Below, piece by piece: positions 1 through 12,400 of a DNA stretch of 64,000 nt. The stretch covers positions 24,676,001 through 24,740,000 of the forward strand of contig CP158635.1 in assembly GCA_050273025.1 (NCBI GenBank). Direction: 5' to 3'. A program made the translations under genes and the position numbers. Numbering within the stretch: the stretch's first letter is position 1; the number at the start of each line of letters is the position of its first letter. Under the pieces are notes generated by a model. It had not been told where the DNA came from. It ran no database searches and saw only the letters and a program-made list of their open reading frames with translations. Source of the stretch: Cenococcum geophilum (taxonomy: Eukaryota).

Positions 1-3000
1 ACTACTAGGCTTCCTTATAAGATAGTTTTTCGCGTATAGTCTGGGGCCCTTTTGGTCTTTCTTAGTCAAAGCTTATACGGGGTAGGTAACCTATTTTTAG
101 TTAAATAGGGGCAAATCTGGTAGAGTTGTAGGGTAGGGTAGCTTAGGCGTAGTCTATTAAGGGTAGTAGTTTAGCCTAGTTATTTTAGAAGTAGTTAATA
201 AAAGGCTAAAGTCTCTAGTCTAAGTATTAATTTATAATCTCCGTTTAACTATCTATCTAGGGGTAATATACTATAGAAAGCTTTAGCTTAATACCTAGAA
301 TCCGGGTGAATTTATTCTAAAAGGCTAATATAAACTGCGGCCCGCGGTCGGATATAATAGTATTTAATAGTCCGTAAATTTGGTAGACGTAGTAGATATA
401 TAGTTAGGCCGCCTCTTTAGCATTAATATTCTTATAATAGGGAATTAAGAACAGGCGTTTGCCAAAGTAGTTAACTAGGATTATAACTCTATTATATCCG
501 TTACGGTTTAAAGGTAGCTTATAAAAGTTTATAGAGATATATTACTAGGGGCGGTCGGGTATTAGGAGGGGTTTTAATAGTCCTAGGGTTTTATCTCGTG
601 GAATTATGGACTTATAGCAGTTATTATAGTTCCGTATATAGCGGTTAATATTTATAATTATTCCGGGCTAGTAGTAGCGGTCGCTAATAATCCTGCGGGT
701 TTTATTTTTTCTAAAGTAGGCCGTAGAGACCTAGGTATATGCTTTAGCAATAAGCTAAGTCTATAAGTTCTGTTCCTTTACTACTACTAGCCGTTTACGG
801 TGTTTAAGTAGTCCACTTTTAAGGGATTATAGGCTAGAAACGTTCCTTACCTTTTTGCGGTACTCCTATAGAGAAGGGGCTATACGGTTTACCTGTAGCA
901 GTTTATTAATAAGGTTTAGTTCTATAGAGTTAATAGGGCATATCTCGGCATCTAAAGAGTCTATATTTAGTTCTGCCTATATTTAGGAGTTAAGGTGCTC
1001 TAGTTATAGTAGCGCTTAGGTTCGTAATAAGATCTTTACGGCTGTTTAGTTATTTATATCCTATTTATGCCTTATAAGAGCGTCCGCACGGTTAGTAGCG
1101 CCTAGCCTATATATAATTAGGAAGTTAAACTAAAATAGGGTGTCCGCCTAGCGCGCCTATTAGGCCGTAAGGGCCTTTATTATTATAAAATATTCTAAGG
1201 CCTTATAATCGGAAACTACCTAGATAGACTTAGGGGTACCTTCTAGTTAGGCTCGCTAGTGCTAAAAGCTAGAGATAATAGCTAGTATTTCTTTGTCGTA
1301 AATTGGGTAGTTTAGCTTAGTATCTACTATTATTTTTAAATAGTAAGTAATAGGGTGCTATTCTCTGTCTGTCTGCTTTTAGGAGTAAATGCTAGCTATA
1401 ATACTATTTAAGGCATTAGTTTCTAGCATTAAGGGCCGTTTTAGGTTAAAGTGGGTAAGTAAGGGAGTAGAGACTAGCTATTTCTTAAGCTTATTAAAGG
1501 CCTGCCTATATATAGTGTTAAAGTAAAAGGGCTGGTCCTTGTGGGTAAGTAGGCTTAATAGCTAGGTAATTCTGCTGTAGTTCTTAATAAAGCGTTAGTA
1601 GAAGTTATAGAACCCTAAAAATAACTATACCCCCTTTACGGTCCTTAGGGGTACCTATTAGTTAATTATAGCCGTCTTTTCTAGGTCTACCTTAATCCCG
1701 TTTATACTAATAATAAACCCTAAGTATTTTATACGCTTAATACTAAATTCTAACTTCTTAATATTAGCTTAGAGGCTAGCTTCCTAAAGCCGTTATAGGA
1801 CTTTATAGACATACTCTTTATATTCTAGTTTATTTTTAGAGTAGATTATAATATTATTTAGGTATGCTATATAGAAGTTATTAAGGTAGTTAAATAGTAT
1901 ATTATTTATATATCGTTAGTATATAGCCGGTCCGTTAGTTAGTCTACAAGGTAGTACTTTATATTTATACGTTCCGTAATAAATCCGAAACGTAATAAGG
2001 TCTTTTAATTTAGGGTTTATCCTAATTTGGTAAAAAGCCTAGCGGATATTAAGCTTTATAAAGATCTTAGCTCTACTTATTTGGGCTAAAGTCTTATTAA
2101 GCAAAGGTAGTGGGTAGCGGTCTTTAAGGGTTAAATTATTAAGCTTATAGTAGTTAATACAGAAATAAAGTCCTCTATTTGGCTTTTTAGTAAAGAAAAT
2201 AGGTAAGTTAAAAGGGGCTTAACTAGGCTTAATAAAGCCCTTATTTAGGTTATTAATAAGATACTACTTTATGGCCTATAATTCGGCAGTAGATTATTAT
2301 TAAAGGGGGCTATAGCTAAGAGTAACCACCTTATCCGGCTTAATTTTAATCTTATAGTTATATGGTTAGTAAGGCAGGAGTATATTAGACGCTGCTTTAG
2401 AGAAGGTATCTTTAAATTTCTAATATTAGTGGGGTAGTTTCTGTTCTACTAGCTCCTTATCTATAAGCTTACCTTTTCCTTAGGCTAGGGCTTCTTTCTT
2501 TTTAATTATTTAATTAATTTTGTATAAGCTAGTTATAAAGGTAACGGTATTAGGCTAAACTAGGTTCTAGTAGAATCCTATAGTGCTAATATAGTAAATA
2601 TTAACTGGTGGGAGGTCCGTGGGTTTCTTTATAGATATTTATTAGGCCGTATTTTGCGGTATAGGGTTTATAGTCTTCCTTAGCTCGCGTTCCATTTTCC
2701 GTAAGTTATCCTTTTAGTTTATTAGTTTAGTATATTACCTAGTATCCCTAGCCTTCCTTTATAGCTACGTAGGGCCTAAGTTCTCTATTAGGGACTTAGC
2801 TAGGTCACTACTAACTTTTTAAGTCTTTAGTGCGGGTAGTGTAATATAGGTAGTCTAGGGGCGGTATAGTATATAGATCCGTTACAGATTAAGTTATATA
2901 TCCTTCTTAAAAGCCTAGTCCTTACGCGTTACATTAGCCTAGTAAACGGTATCTATCTATAGCCGTATAAGGTTTTCTATTATAATACTGATCTCTTTTA

Positions 3001-5005
3001 TAAAGGAAGGCGTTAGGGGTATAGTTTTAGGCTAGATAAGCTGCCTATTCTGTATATTAAGCTATAAGCTTAAATAGGCTAGCCATTTTCTTTTTAAGAT
3101 TATATTATAGCTTCTAAGGTCCATAATAAGAAAGGAGGTATTATATTACCTTTATTTATTAACGCGGAGGTAGATCCACAAGATAGTTATAATAGGTAGC
3201 CCTATCCGTCTGTTATAGCTGCAAATAAGAACTAGTTTAGGTGGTTTTTTTAAAGGGTGCATTTAAAAAGTTAGCTAGTTTTGTAGCGCACTTTATATTA
3301 ATTAAGGTAAAGGCATTTACTCCTAAGTTAGCTAAAGCAGAGGTTAAAACTTAATATTTATTACGGAATAAAGTATAAGGGATAGTGTAGCTTTTTTTAC
3401 TAACTAGCTAACCTAGATTAATATAGGATATATTAATCCCTTTTGACCCTAGAGAGGAGTCTTCCTCTAGGGTTCCTCCTTTTCTAGTTTTATACTATCC
3501 TCCAAAATTAATAGGACCTTATTTATCTTTGCCTTTATTAGGTAGTTCCTTATAGGGTAGCTTATTTAACTATATAAGAAGTAAGCTCCTTAATTGCTAA
3601 GGGCTTATATATAGGGGTCGCTATATATAGGCCGGGTGTACGCTAGGCCTATAGTAGGGGTAGCTGCGTAGCTAGCTGCTGGGTTAACTATAGGAGTTGC
3701 TAATTATGCTAGGGCACTACGGGCCGTATTTATAGTACTTATAGCCTAGTTTATAAGGTTTTTAGTTTTTAGCTAATTAGCGCATGCCTTAATTTAATGG
3801 AGGCCTTAGTTAATAGCTAGGCAATAGTCCATAAGTTCCTTTAACGTCTATACCGTAGTATAAGCTAGTAATACGGCCCGCTATAGGTTTAGGGTAAGTT
3901 TATTAAAGAGGTCTAGTAGTAGGTCTTCTTAGGGGATCTAGGCCTGTTCGGCTAGGTATAAAAAGCGGGTTTAGAAGGCTAAAAAGGTCTTCGTTATTTT
4001 TATATTTAGGCTTTTATAGCTAAAGCGGGCGTTTTATACTTTAAAAGGGTCTTTATAAATAGAAGATAAGTGTTTAATTATTTCTTCTTTAGCGATAAAG
4101 GGGTTTATTAAGTCTTTAGTGTATTGCGGGCGTAAATACGTCTAGGTGTCTCTGCTAGTACAGCTAAAAACATAGGCTATTCTAGCTTAGGCGTTAGGGA
4201 AGTAGTTTATATTAACTTTAAGCTTATCCCGTAATTAAAGCTTCCAATTATTAAATATAGGGTTAGTTCCGTTTGTAAGTAGTAGGGGATCTATAACCTT
4301 TACCAATTGCTTTAGTGCTATATAGGCCTTAGTAGATCTACTAAGGCGCTAGGATAGGGCCTAAAGGACTATAGTAAGTCTTTAGTTGTTTAATAATGAC
4401 TTATTATTAGATATAGGGGTATCTCTAGCTTTAAGCAGCTCTTGCAGTTGTTTAATTTCGGTATTAGTAGCTATAAGCTCCGCCTAGGGGGTTAAAACAT
4501 TAATTGTTTCTTTATCTGAAGTATTCAAGGGTCCTACAGCTACTTTACCTACTGCTATAGTTTATGGCATAGTGGTAGGGGTATTAGGTAATTCTAGGTA
4601 ATTTCTTTAGGGGTTCTGGTTTATACGTGTCTTATAGGTCCTTTCCTTAGGGGTTTGTTTTTTTCTTTTAGGTCCTGTCCTTATAGTCCTAATAATGTCC
4701 TTAGGGTTCTATTCTATGTTCTTATAGATATATTTAAGTTCCTTCTTAAGAAGAAAGAGTAGAGTAAGCTTTAGATAATATTAGTGACTTAATTAATTAA
4801 GGTATAGGCACGGCAAAAGGGACGCGCAAGCCTGTATAATTAGATTGTCTATAAACAAGAATCTAAAGCTAGGGAAAGGAAAGGAGAAGAAGAGCAGCGC
4901 CGTTTAATGTTTTATAAGATCTTTACGTCACGTAATCGCAATATGCGGCAATCTGTGGCAACTTGCCGGTGCGTAGTTCTGCTAAGTTCTGCCAGTGCCG
5001 TAACA
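1..5005 (-). mobile_element. Gypsy/Ty3 LTR retrotransposon A, RIP-inactivated, 3' part outside window; inserted into a family B copy
   Basis: Minus strand order gag (~4720-3470), protease (de-RIP ALADSGANAF ~3310-3340), RT (AYLDDI ~1849-1868), RNase H, integrase (<700). Ends ...GCCGTAACA at 5005, and family B sequence starts at 5006. Confidence 0.93.
4779..5005 (-). repeat. 5' LTR of element A (~227 bp)
   Basis: Begins TGTTACGGC on the minus strand. It is followed by TT-ATCTAAAGCT, which is complementary to AGCTTTAGAT inside the LTR (self-priming site). Confidence 0.8.
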
Positions 5006-7640
5006 ATATAGCTTGTCTATAAGGAAGTATCTTCTTATTACTACGTTGTAATAGCCCTTAGTATATCGTTCTTTAAACCTAGTTAAAATTCCTAAATCCT
5101 CTTCTTATTCTAGTTTAATAAGCTACTTAGCTCTTAGTATGCCTACCCTAGGCCTATTAGTAATTCTTTATATAGGTGCTCTATCCTTTATACGGCTTAG
5201 TATACTAAATCTTTTATCTAGTTTCTAATTTTGCTATAAGGTAATTCTTGCTCTAAATTCCTCTATAGTTTCTTTCTTTTTACGTCTTATGAGTAGATCC
5301 TTAAAGTCTTCTTACTTCTTAATCTCGTTAATGGTCCTTATTTATATCTTAAAGTCTTAGCTCTATAGGGTTCTTAATCCTAAGCTTGCTTTTATCTTAA
5401 GCTTTATTCCTACCTTAGTCTAATTAGGCTTAGGTGTTCTTATCTTATCCTAAGAGTCTTAAATCTTACTTATCTTATCTTAAGAGTCTTATGCCTATAG
5501 GAAACTCTATCTTAAGCTTATTTATATATTTTTAAACTAAGCTATTACCCTGCTCTATTGGTTTCTATCTATTATAAGTCCTTAGGTATACCTTATCTCG
5601 TCTTAAGAATCTTAAGCCTTTAGCCTTTTGCCTTTATTAAGTGATAAATTAGCACTAGTAGTTGTCTGCTTGCTTAATCTCTGTAAGATACTCTTCCTTT
5701 TATCTTATAAAGCGATAGATACTATATCTAACGGTGTTATAATACCCATTATTAAACCTTACTCTATGGCGGTTTTAGTCTCTACTTTTAATATAACTTT
5801 TCCAAGGTTTATATACTCCTAGTAAGCTGCCCTTATTACCTTATTATCTGCAAATGTTTTGCCTATATTAAACTCGTCGTCTTTAATATCCGATTTACGT
5901 AATAGTTTATTAGTTCCCCTATATTTTAAGGATTTTAGCTCCTATAGCTAATAGCTTACGCTATACTTAGCGTCTTTATAAATTTAGTATGCGTTATTAT
6001 AATAAAACATAAAACTTCTAATTAAATATTCCTTTATTCCTCGCAGTATACTATTATCCCTCTATATATATATGTCTTCTGCTAGTCTAGTTCCCTTTAT
6101 TATATAGTAACTCTAACTATCTTTATAATCCCTTATAAAGTGATCTTATTTTCTATAATTTATATAAGCTCGATTTTTAAACCATTAACTTTGCTATAGA
6201 GTCCGCCTAAACATCTTCTGCTGCTAAAATCCCTGGTTTAGCCTCTACTCCTTAATCCTATAATTACTAGATTCTTAACCTTTAGGTTTTTATAGTTTTT
6301 TACTCCATCTCTTATAGGCTTCTTTAGTACTACTTAGGTCTATTGGCTTTGCGCTATACTATAGTTTCTAATTTAGCTTTAGTTATTATGTACTCTACGC
6401 CTTATACAACTATAGAACTCTATCCTAACCTCTCTTAGCCTATTCTCTTTGGTAGATCGAATTATTAATCTTAATTACTTAATCTATTAACTCCTATAGG
6501 GTATCTATATCTTCTATTAGGATAATTATGTCCTAGACTTTAGCCTTAAGTCCCTATTTATACTGTGCTATAAGCGCCTTATTATTCCACTTAACTTATA
6601 TTACTAATATCTGGAACTACGTTATATACTTAATTACTAAAGTTTATTACGTAATATCTTAGAGTTTTCTTTCCGCCGTAGTTACTGCCTTTAGGTCTTT
6701 AAATATTTATATAAGTTGCTCTATAAACCCTTTCTAGCTCAAGAATATAAACCATACCTCCTAATTAGTGGTTGTTATTCTATTCGCCTATATTTCTATA
6801 AGGTAAGGCTTAAACTACTTAAGTGCCCTTTCTAATAGGAATAGTCCCGTATATGCTATTCAATCTATAGGTATTAGTAGCTTCGCCCCTTCTTATATAA
6901 CCTTAAAGTGTATTTATATAAGAAATCCTTTAAGCTTTGCTCTTTCTCCTAAGAATTTCTTAATTAATAGTAACTTAATCTTTACTGCTCCTATTTTATT
7001 AACCCTTTCTTCTAGCGCCGTATTGTTTGTTATTAGTTAGTTAACTATCTCTTATAGTTGTCTAACCGTTATAGGTTGCTATAAGTTAGTATCTACTATA
7101 TTAGTATTACCTCCTAACCTTAAAGTAGTTGCCGCCGTTAATGGCGTTATAGTAGCTGCTTTTAGTGGCATGTTATTCAACTTTCTATATTTAATACCGT
7201 AACTAGGTAGTAATTATATAATGGAACCTTATAGTAAGTACTACGGTAGGTTTATTAATGGGCTAGGTATATAGGTAATGTAAATTAAAGTTAATAATAT
7301 AATAATAACTGGTGGAGTGGTTGCCTAATAGATTAACTTTAATTGTATTCTAAGAATTACTATAAGGAAGGAACTATCTAGGTAGGGACTAAGGGTCCTT
7401 AAATATACAACTATACTTCTATAAAATCCTTCTTATATATAATATACGTATACTCTATCTGCTCTGTTATAGATTATATAGATCCTATAGATTATATAGA
7501 TTACGTTATATAACCTTAGTTACTATTCCTCATTATATAGCTCTATCGGCTCCATCCTAGACCGTGCTTGTATTAACCAACTAGCTTCTTTCGACTTTCC
7601 TCTAAGTAGTTATAATATTGTACTTAAAGCGTCCGTAATA
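5006..7640 (-). mobile_element. Gypsy family B, copy 1: 5' LTR (~7217-7640) plus gag region, interrupted by A
   Basis: Reverse-complement match to ~51484-54600. The LTR starts TATTACGGAC (RIP of TGTTACGGAC). Confidence 0.88.
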
Positions 7641-8027
7641 CCTAAAATACTATTTTATAGCTTTAAAATTATTATTTAAATTAGAATATATTATAACTAG
7701 TTACTAATAATAATTAATTTTAATTAAAAGACAAGTTATATAGTAGAATAAGCGATTTAGGCTTAGTTAACCACCTAACTTTGTATTTTAAGTTAAGGTT
7801 CCCCTATATAGGGATTATGTATTAGCGCTTATAGTAGACCTACCTTTTAACGTAGTACGACTAACTTATAACCACTGTGCGGCCTACTAAACAAAGCCCC
7901 GGAGCCCTAATGGCTGCTTTGACCCCTAAACGTATATTAGTAACACTACCTCTAAAACCGCTAGAAGCTCTACTAGGAGGACGTATAGAGAAACCGGGCG
8001 CGAAGGTATAAGAGGTCTAGTAGTCGC

Positions 8028-8211
8028 TGTCACAGCGACTCAGTTAATTGAGGTATAAGCGCCGTTTAGAACGTATGCAAGCCTGTACAATTGGAATGTC
8101 TATAGACCCAGATATCAAGATGAGGAGCAGAAGGTGGAAAAGGACACGTCTATATACATATGCTAAGGCTCAAGCGAGCCCCCTAACTAGATCCGTTACG
8201 GTGCTGTAACA
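8028..8211 (-). repeat. Solo LTR (184 bp), TSD GTCGC
   Basis: TGTCAC...GTAACA flanked by GTCGC at 8023-8027 and 8212-8216. It is an inverted copy of 8522-8702, with R/U5 similarity to the A LTR. Confidence 0.92.
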
Positions 8212-8521
8212 GTCGCTAAGGACATAAGCTGCTTAAAGATTAGTGTAGTTTAAATAGTAGACAACTGCATTATAAACTAAGCTATAAGCTACGCAGTTAG
8301 TATATACTGCCTTTATTCCCTATAATAAGAGTTTCTATCTTACCTAAATATAAAGGAAGAGGTATTAATTATAAGAAATTCTGTTAACTTATTAAAAGCC
8401 TTAAAAAAACTATAGTATAGTAAAGCAATAATATTATAAGCCAGAATAGTATTATTAAGAGTACTAAAAATAAACTAGTAGACATTAAATTAGAATAGTA
8501 AAGCCCTAAAAAGTAAGACGC

Positions 8522-8702
8522 TGTTACGGCTCCGTAACGGATCTAGTTAGAGGGCTCGCTTAAGCCTTGGCATATGTATATAGACGTGTCCTTTTCCACC
8601 TTCTGCTCATTATCTTGATATCCGGGTCAATAGACTACCAATTGTATAGGCTTGCATACGTTTTATAGCGCTCATACCTTGATTAAATAAGTCGCTGTAA
8701 TA
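8522..8702 (+). repeat. Solo LTR (181 bp), TSD GACGC
   Basis: TGTTAC...TGTAATA (RIP of TGTGACA) flanked by GACGC at 8517-8521 and 8703-8707. Confidence 0.92.
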
Positions 8703-8766
8703 GACGCTAAACTTTAAAAAGCTATCTAGTCCTTATAAGCGTAACTAAATACTCCCTTAGCTTTAA

Positions 8767-8952
8767 TATAATTATAGGTATTAGTTATAAAGGCTTAGTC
8801 AAAAGAATAGAATCTATTAGTAGCTAGTAAACGAGAATTCCAAGACAAGGACTAGAAGAAAGTCGAGGAAAGGACACGTCTATATACATGGCGCTAAGGG
8901 TCGGCTAAGCTTGGCCGAGCCCCTAACTAGGGTCTGTAATAGTGCCGTAATA
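8767..8952 (-). repeat. Third, related solo LTR (left boundary approximate)
   Basis: Shares AAGGACACGTCTATATACAT, GAGCCCCTAACTAG and the GTGCCGTAATA end with 8028-8211, but the other half differs. Confidence 0.7.
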
Positions 8953-9471
8953 TTAATATAACGAAGCCTTATAGTAGGAACTACGGTAGACTTATTAATA
9001 GGCTAAGTTTATAGGTAAATAAGAAGTTGATAATGTAAATATAACTAGTAGAGTAGTTGCTTAATAGATTAACTTTAATTATATTTTAAGATTTACTATA
9101 AAGAAGAGGACTATCTAGGTAGGGACTATAGTCCTTTAAATATATAATACTGCGCCTAAGAAATATACTAGGTATATTAGTATATTAATATATTAATACA
9201 TTACGTTTCTATATTTCTATATTTTTATATTTTAAACTTATAATATAACTAGCTATATAACTTAGTTACCCCTTATTTTATAGCTTAATTAGTTTTAGTA
9301 CCTCCTATACTATTTTAACTAACTTATTTATATCTTTTTTTAGTAGTTATACTACTGCTAATATAAGGTCCATAACACTATCCCCCTCCTTTTTATCTTT
9401 ATCCTTAAAAATATCTCTTATTTTTAAGTTATCTATTAAAGGTATAGTATTCCCGTTTTTAATTTAATAAC

Positions 9472-12400
9472 TATTTATACTAACTTAATAGTATAATTGA
9501 GTCGTATCTAGGGGCACGAAATACGTATAGTATCGTATGCTTATTTGGATGGTGGTGACTGTCAATTGTATAAAGTAGACTACGTAGTCTATATACTGAT
9601 GCGCCTCCCCCCTAATTAGTTAGTGCTTTAGAAGTGCACCAGACGCGTAAGCGGGTAGTTGGTGCACTAAACGCATAAACGCGTACTTGGCGTACTGAAC
9701 GCGTAAGCACGCGGTTGGTACGACAGGTGCTATAATTATACACTAGCGGTACTTGGAAAATGAAACTACTTATATATAGCCTCCGTAATTGTCTTAATAG
9801 AACCATAAAACACATAAGAAAATATATAGGAAATCCCTCCTAAGGTGCCTTCTAGGTTACCTTCTAAATGGTGCTCTAAGCTGGCCGTAAGTCCTGCTTA
9901 CGGTCCGTAAAATAAACTATATGGCCTTTTAACGGGCCGTAAATGCACCATACGGCCTTCTAACGGGCCGTAACTGAACCGTAAATACTTCGTTAGTCTC
10001 GCTCTGACCATTTTATAACCTTTAGGTTGAGCTTATTTGTATTAATTAGGGTTTTAAGAGCTTAATACGGCTTTGCCTTAGTTATAGCGTCTACTAGGTT
10101 GTCTCCGCTGCTAATCTATTTGACCTCCGTAATCTCACGTCGTTTATAGGCCTAATATAGGCATATTAGGTCGACTATAAGCCTCTTCTCTTATGTCGTA
10201 CCTAGTTTAACTAGGCAGTTGTAAAGGGACTTTAAATTAGTGCATAAAACTAGGGGTAACTGCTCTAGTTATAGAATCTTCTAGACCGTTAATTTAATTG
10301 CGGCTGCTATATTAAATTTATAAGCTAGTGTATATAGTTTAGAAGCTAGTATACTACGGGTTACTTATTTACACTTAATCAAAGACCAGTATAATATATT
10401 TGCGTCTTAATTGCGGTCCGTAAGTATAATTACAAAGCCGATTTGTAATAATAGGTCTTTGTTATTAGTAAAAGATGCGTCTGTAAATACTAGTAGGCTA
10501 AGGGAATTTAGGTCTAGTAGTATAAAAGTAAGTCCCCTTGCTGCATTGTTGATTTGCCACTAGATGCGCTTATTAAGCTGCTTAATATTTTCTTTTTATA
10601 GATTTACTGCCTGGGCCGCAAAGGACAGATTGTAGGTAGATTTAGGTTAATAGACTGTGGTAATATAGGCGCCTCTTACACGCTGTGCAGCGTATTAGTC
10701 CTTCATATTTACGGTCTTGTGGGTCTCTCCGCGAGAACTGGTAAGGTCCGTAGGTTTTGCTATAATAGGCTTTAGGTTTTAAGCTTGGCGTTCCTAAGTT
10801 AGCTTAATTAGGTTGCCCTTTTATATAATTAAGCCTCTATTAAACTTAATTAGAGTTTACTTAGTTAACTGCTCTTACGGTTTTACTAAGAACTTTGCCT
10901 TTTATAGTTTAGTTTTTTTAGCGTCCGCAAAGGTTTAGTCTGCTAGGAAGAGGGTATTATTGGTTTAGAGTCTAATAATGCTAAGGCCGTTTAATGGGGT
11001 GTATAAGAGGTAGGGGTCGTAGGTTAACTGTTCCATTTTGAGTTTACTAATGTAATACTAGTAGTACGTTTTAAACTAATAGTTTCTGGCTTCTAGTACT
11101 TCGTAAAGAGGTTTTATAACCTATAAAATTATTCCTGGTTGTAGGTTAAGCTCGCGGGGTAGTTATATAAAGATGTCCCTACTTAGGTAGGTATTGGACT
11201 GCACGTAGGCTTATGAGATATCCCGTAAGTAAAGGGCTATGGGTTTAATTTGCTGTAATCTAGGCGTAAGTGCAAGTATAATCCGTTAGCTAACTCGTTA
11301 AATTGTAGGCGATTGCGTAAGGACTAAACCCTTTCCCTAGTCGTTGTAAGCTTGTATAATAAGCCTTAATTTCTTAAAGGCTTTATTAGTGCTAGGGTGC
11401 TTAATTTTATTAACAAAGCGTGAGTTAAATATACGGACGCCTTGCGGAACGTCTTTCTCCATTATAACCGCAAAGACGCCCTTTTTAAGTAGTCTGTTAA
11501 TCTCTTTGCGTTATAAGTCCGTAAAAGGGGTTTCCTATATTAGAACTAATATATCCGTAGGCGGAGATTGCCTTGCGGATATACCTACGGAGGTTAGGTG
11601 ATTTTCCGTTATAGGGTTCTTACGGGGGCGTCCTCGGCCACGCTTTACGGTAGGTTTAGTAGGTTTAGTGGGTTTTTAGGGGACCTCTAGGGTAGGTAAG
11701 GGTGCTTCTAGTTTGTTTAATTTGGCGGGTGTTTCTGGTTTACCTAATTTAGTAGGTGCTTTTGGTTTGTCTAGCTTAACGTTATAGGTGTTTTTAGACT
11801 GAAAATAGGGTTTTACGGACGTGCTTCTAAAGCTTATTAGTCCGCTAGGGAGCTATATACAGCAGGTCTTGTCTTCTACGGCTAGTAGACGGTAAGGTCT
11901 AGTCTAATTACCGCTTTTACGCCACATAAGGACTTTAGAATTAAGCGGGAGGTTATATACTAAGGTCGTATTAGGTCCGTTACGGTAGTGTAGAGCGTTA
12001 TTAATAGTTTGTTTAGCCCGTAATTTGACTATTTCGGCTATTACCTTCCGTATTATAGCTGCTTGTTCCGTAATAGACAAGGTAAGAGGGCCTAGGTTAC
12101 TTATTCTTAGGTAAGCTCCGTAAACTAAGAGGGTGGGTACTAGCCCGTTAGGGCCAGCAGTATCGTTAATGGCTTTTACGGCTATCTGTAAAGCTAGTTC
12201 CTTTTAAATATCCTTATACTCGTCCGTAATAATCTAGTAAGCTCTCCGTAGAGCTAGGTAAGCTCGCTTAATAAGCCTAATAAACTAGTACGCCTTAACT
12301 AGAACGGCTTTTGTTAAAATAGCTATAGCTATAGCGTACTGTTGGAATTCCTTGCTGATAAAGTTCCTACTAGCGTTATAGGTAATGTACTTAGGGGGTC

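Noticed and set aside
8028..8702. Inverted pair as a MITE or foldback element
   Set aside because: Each arm has TG...CA ends and its own 5-bp TSD.
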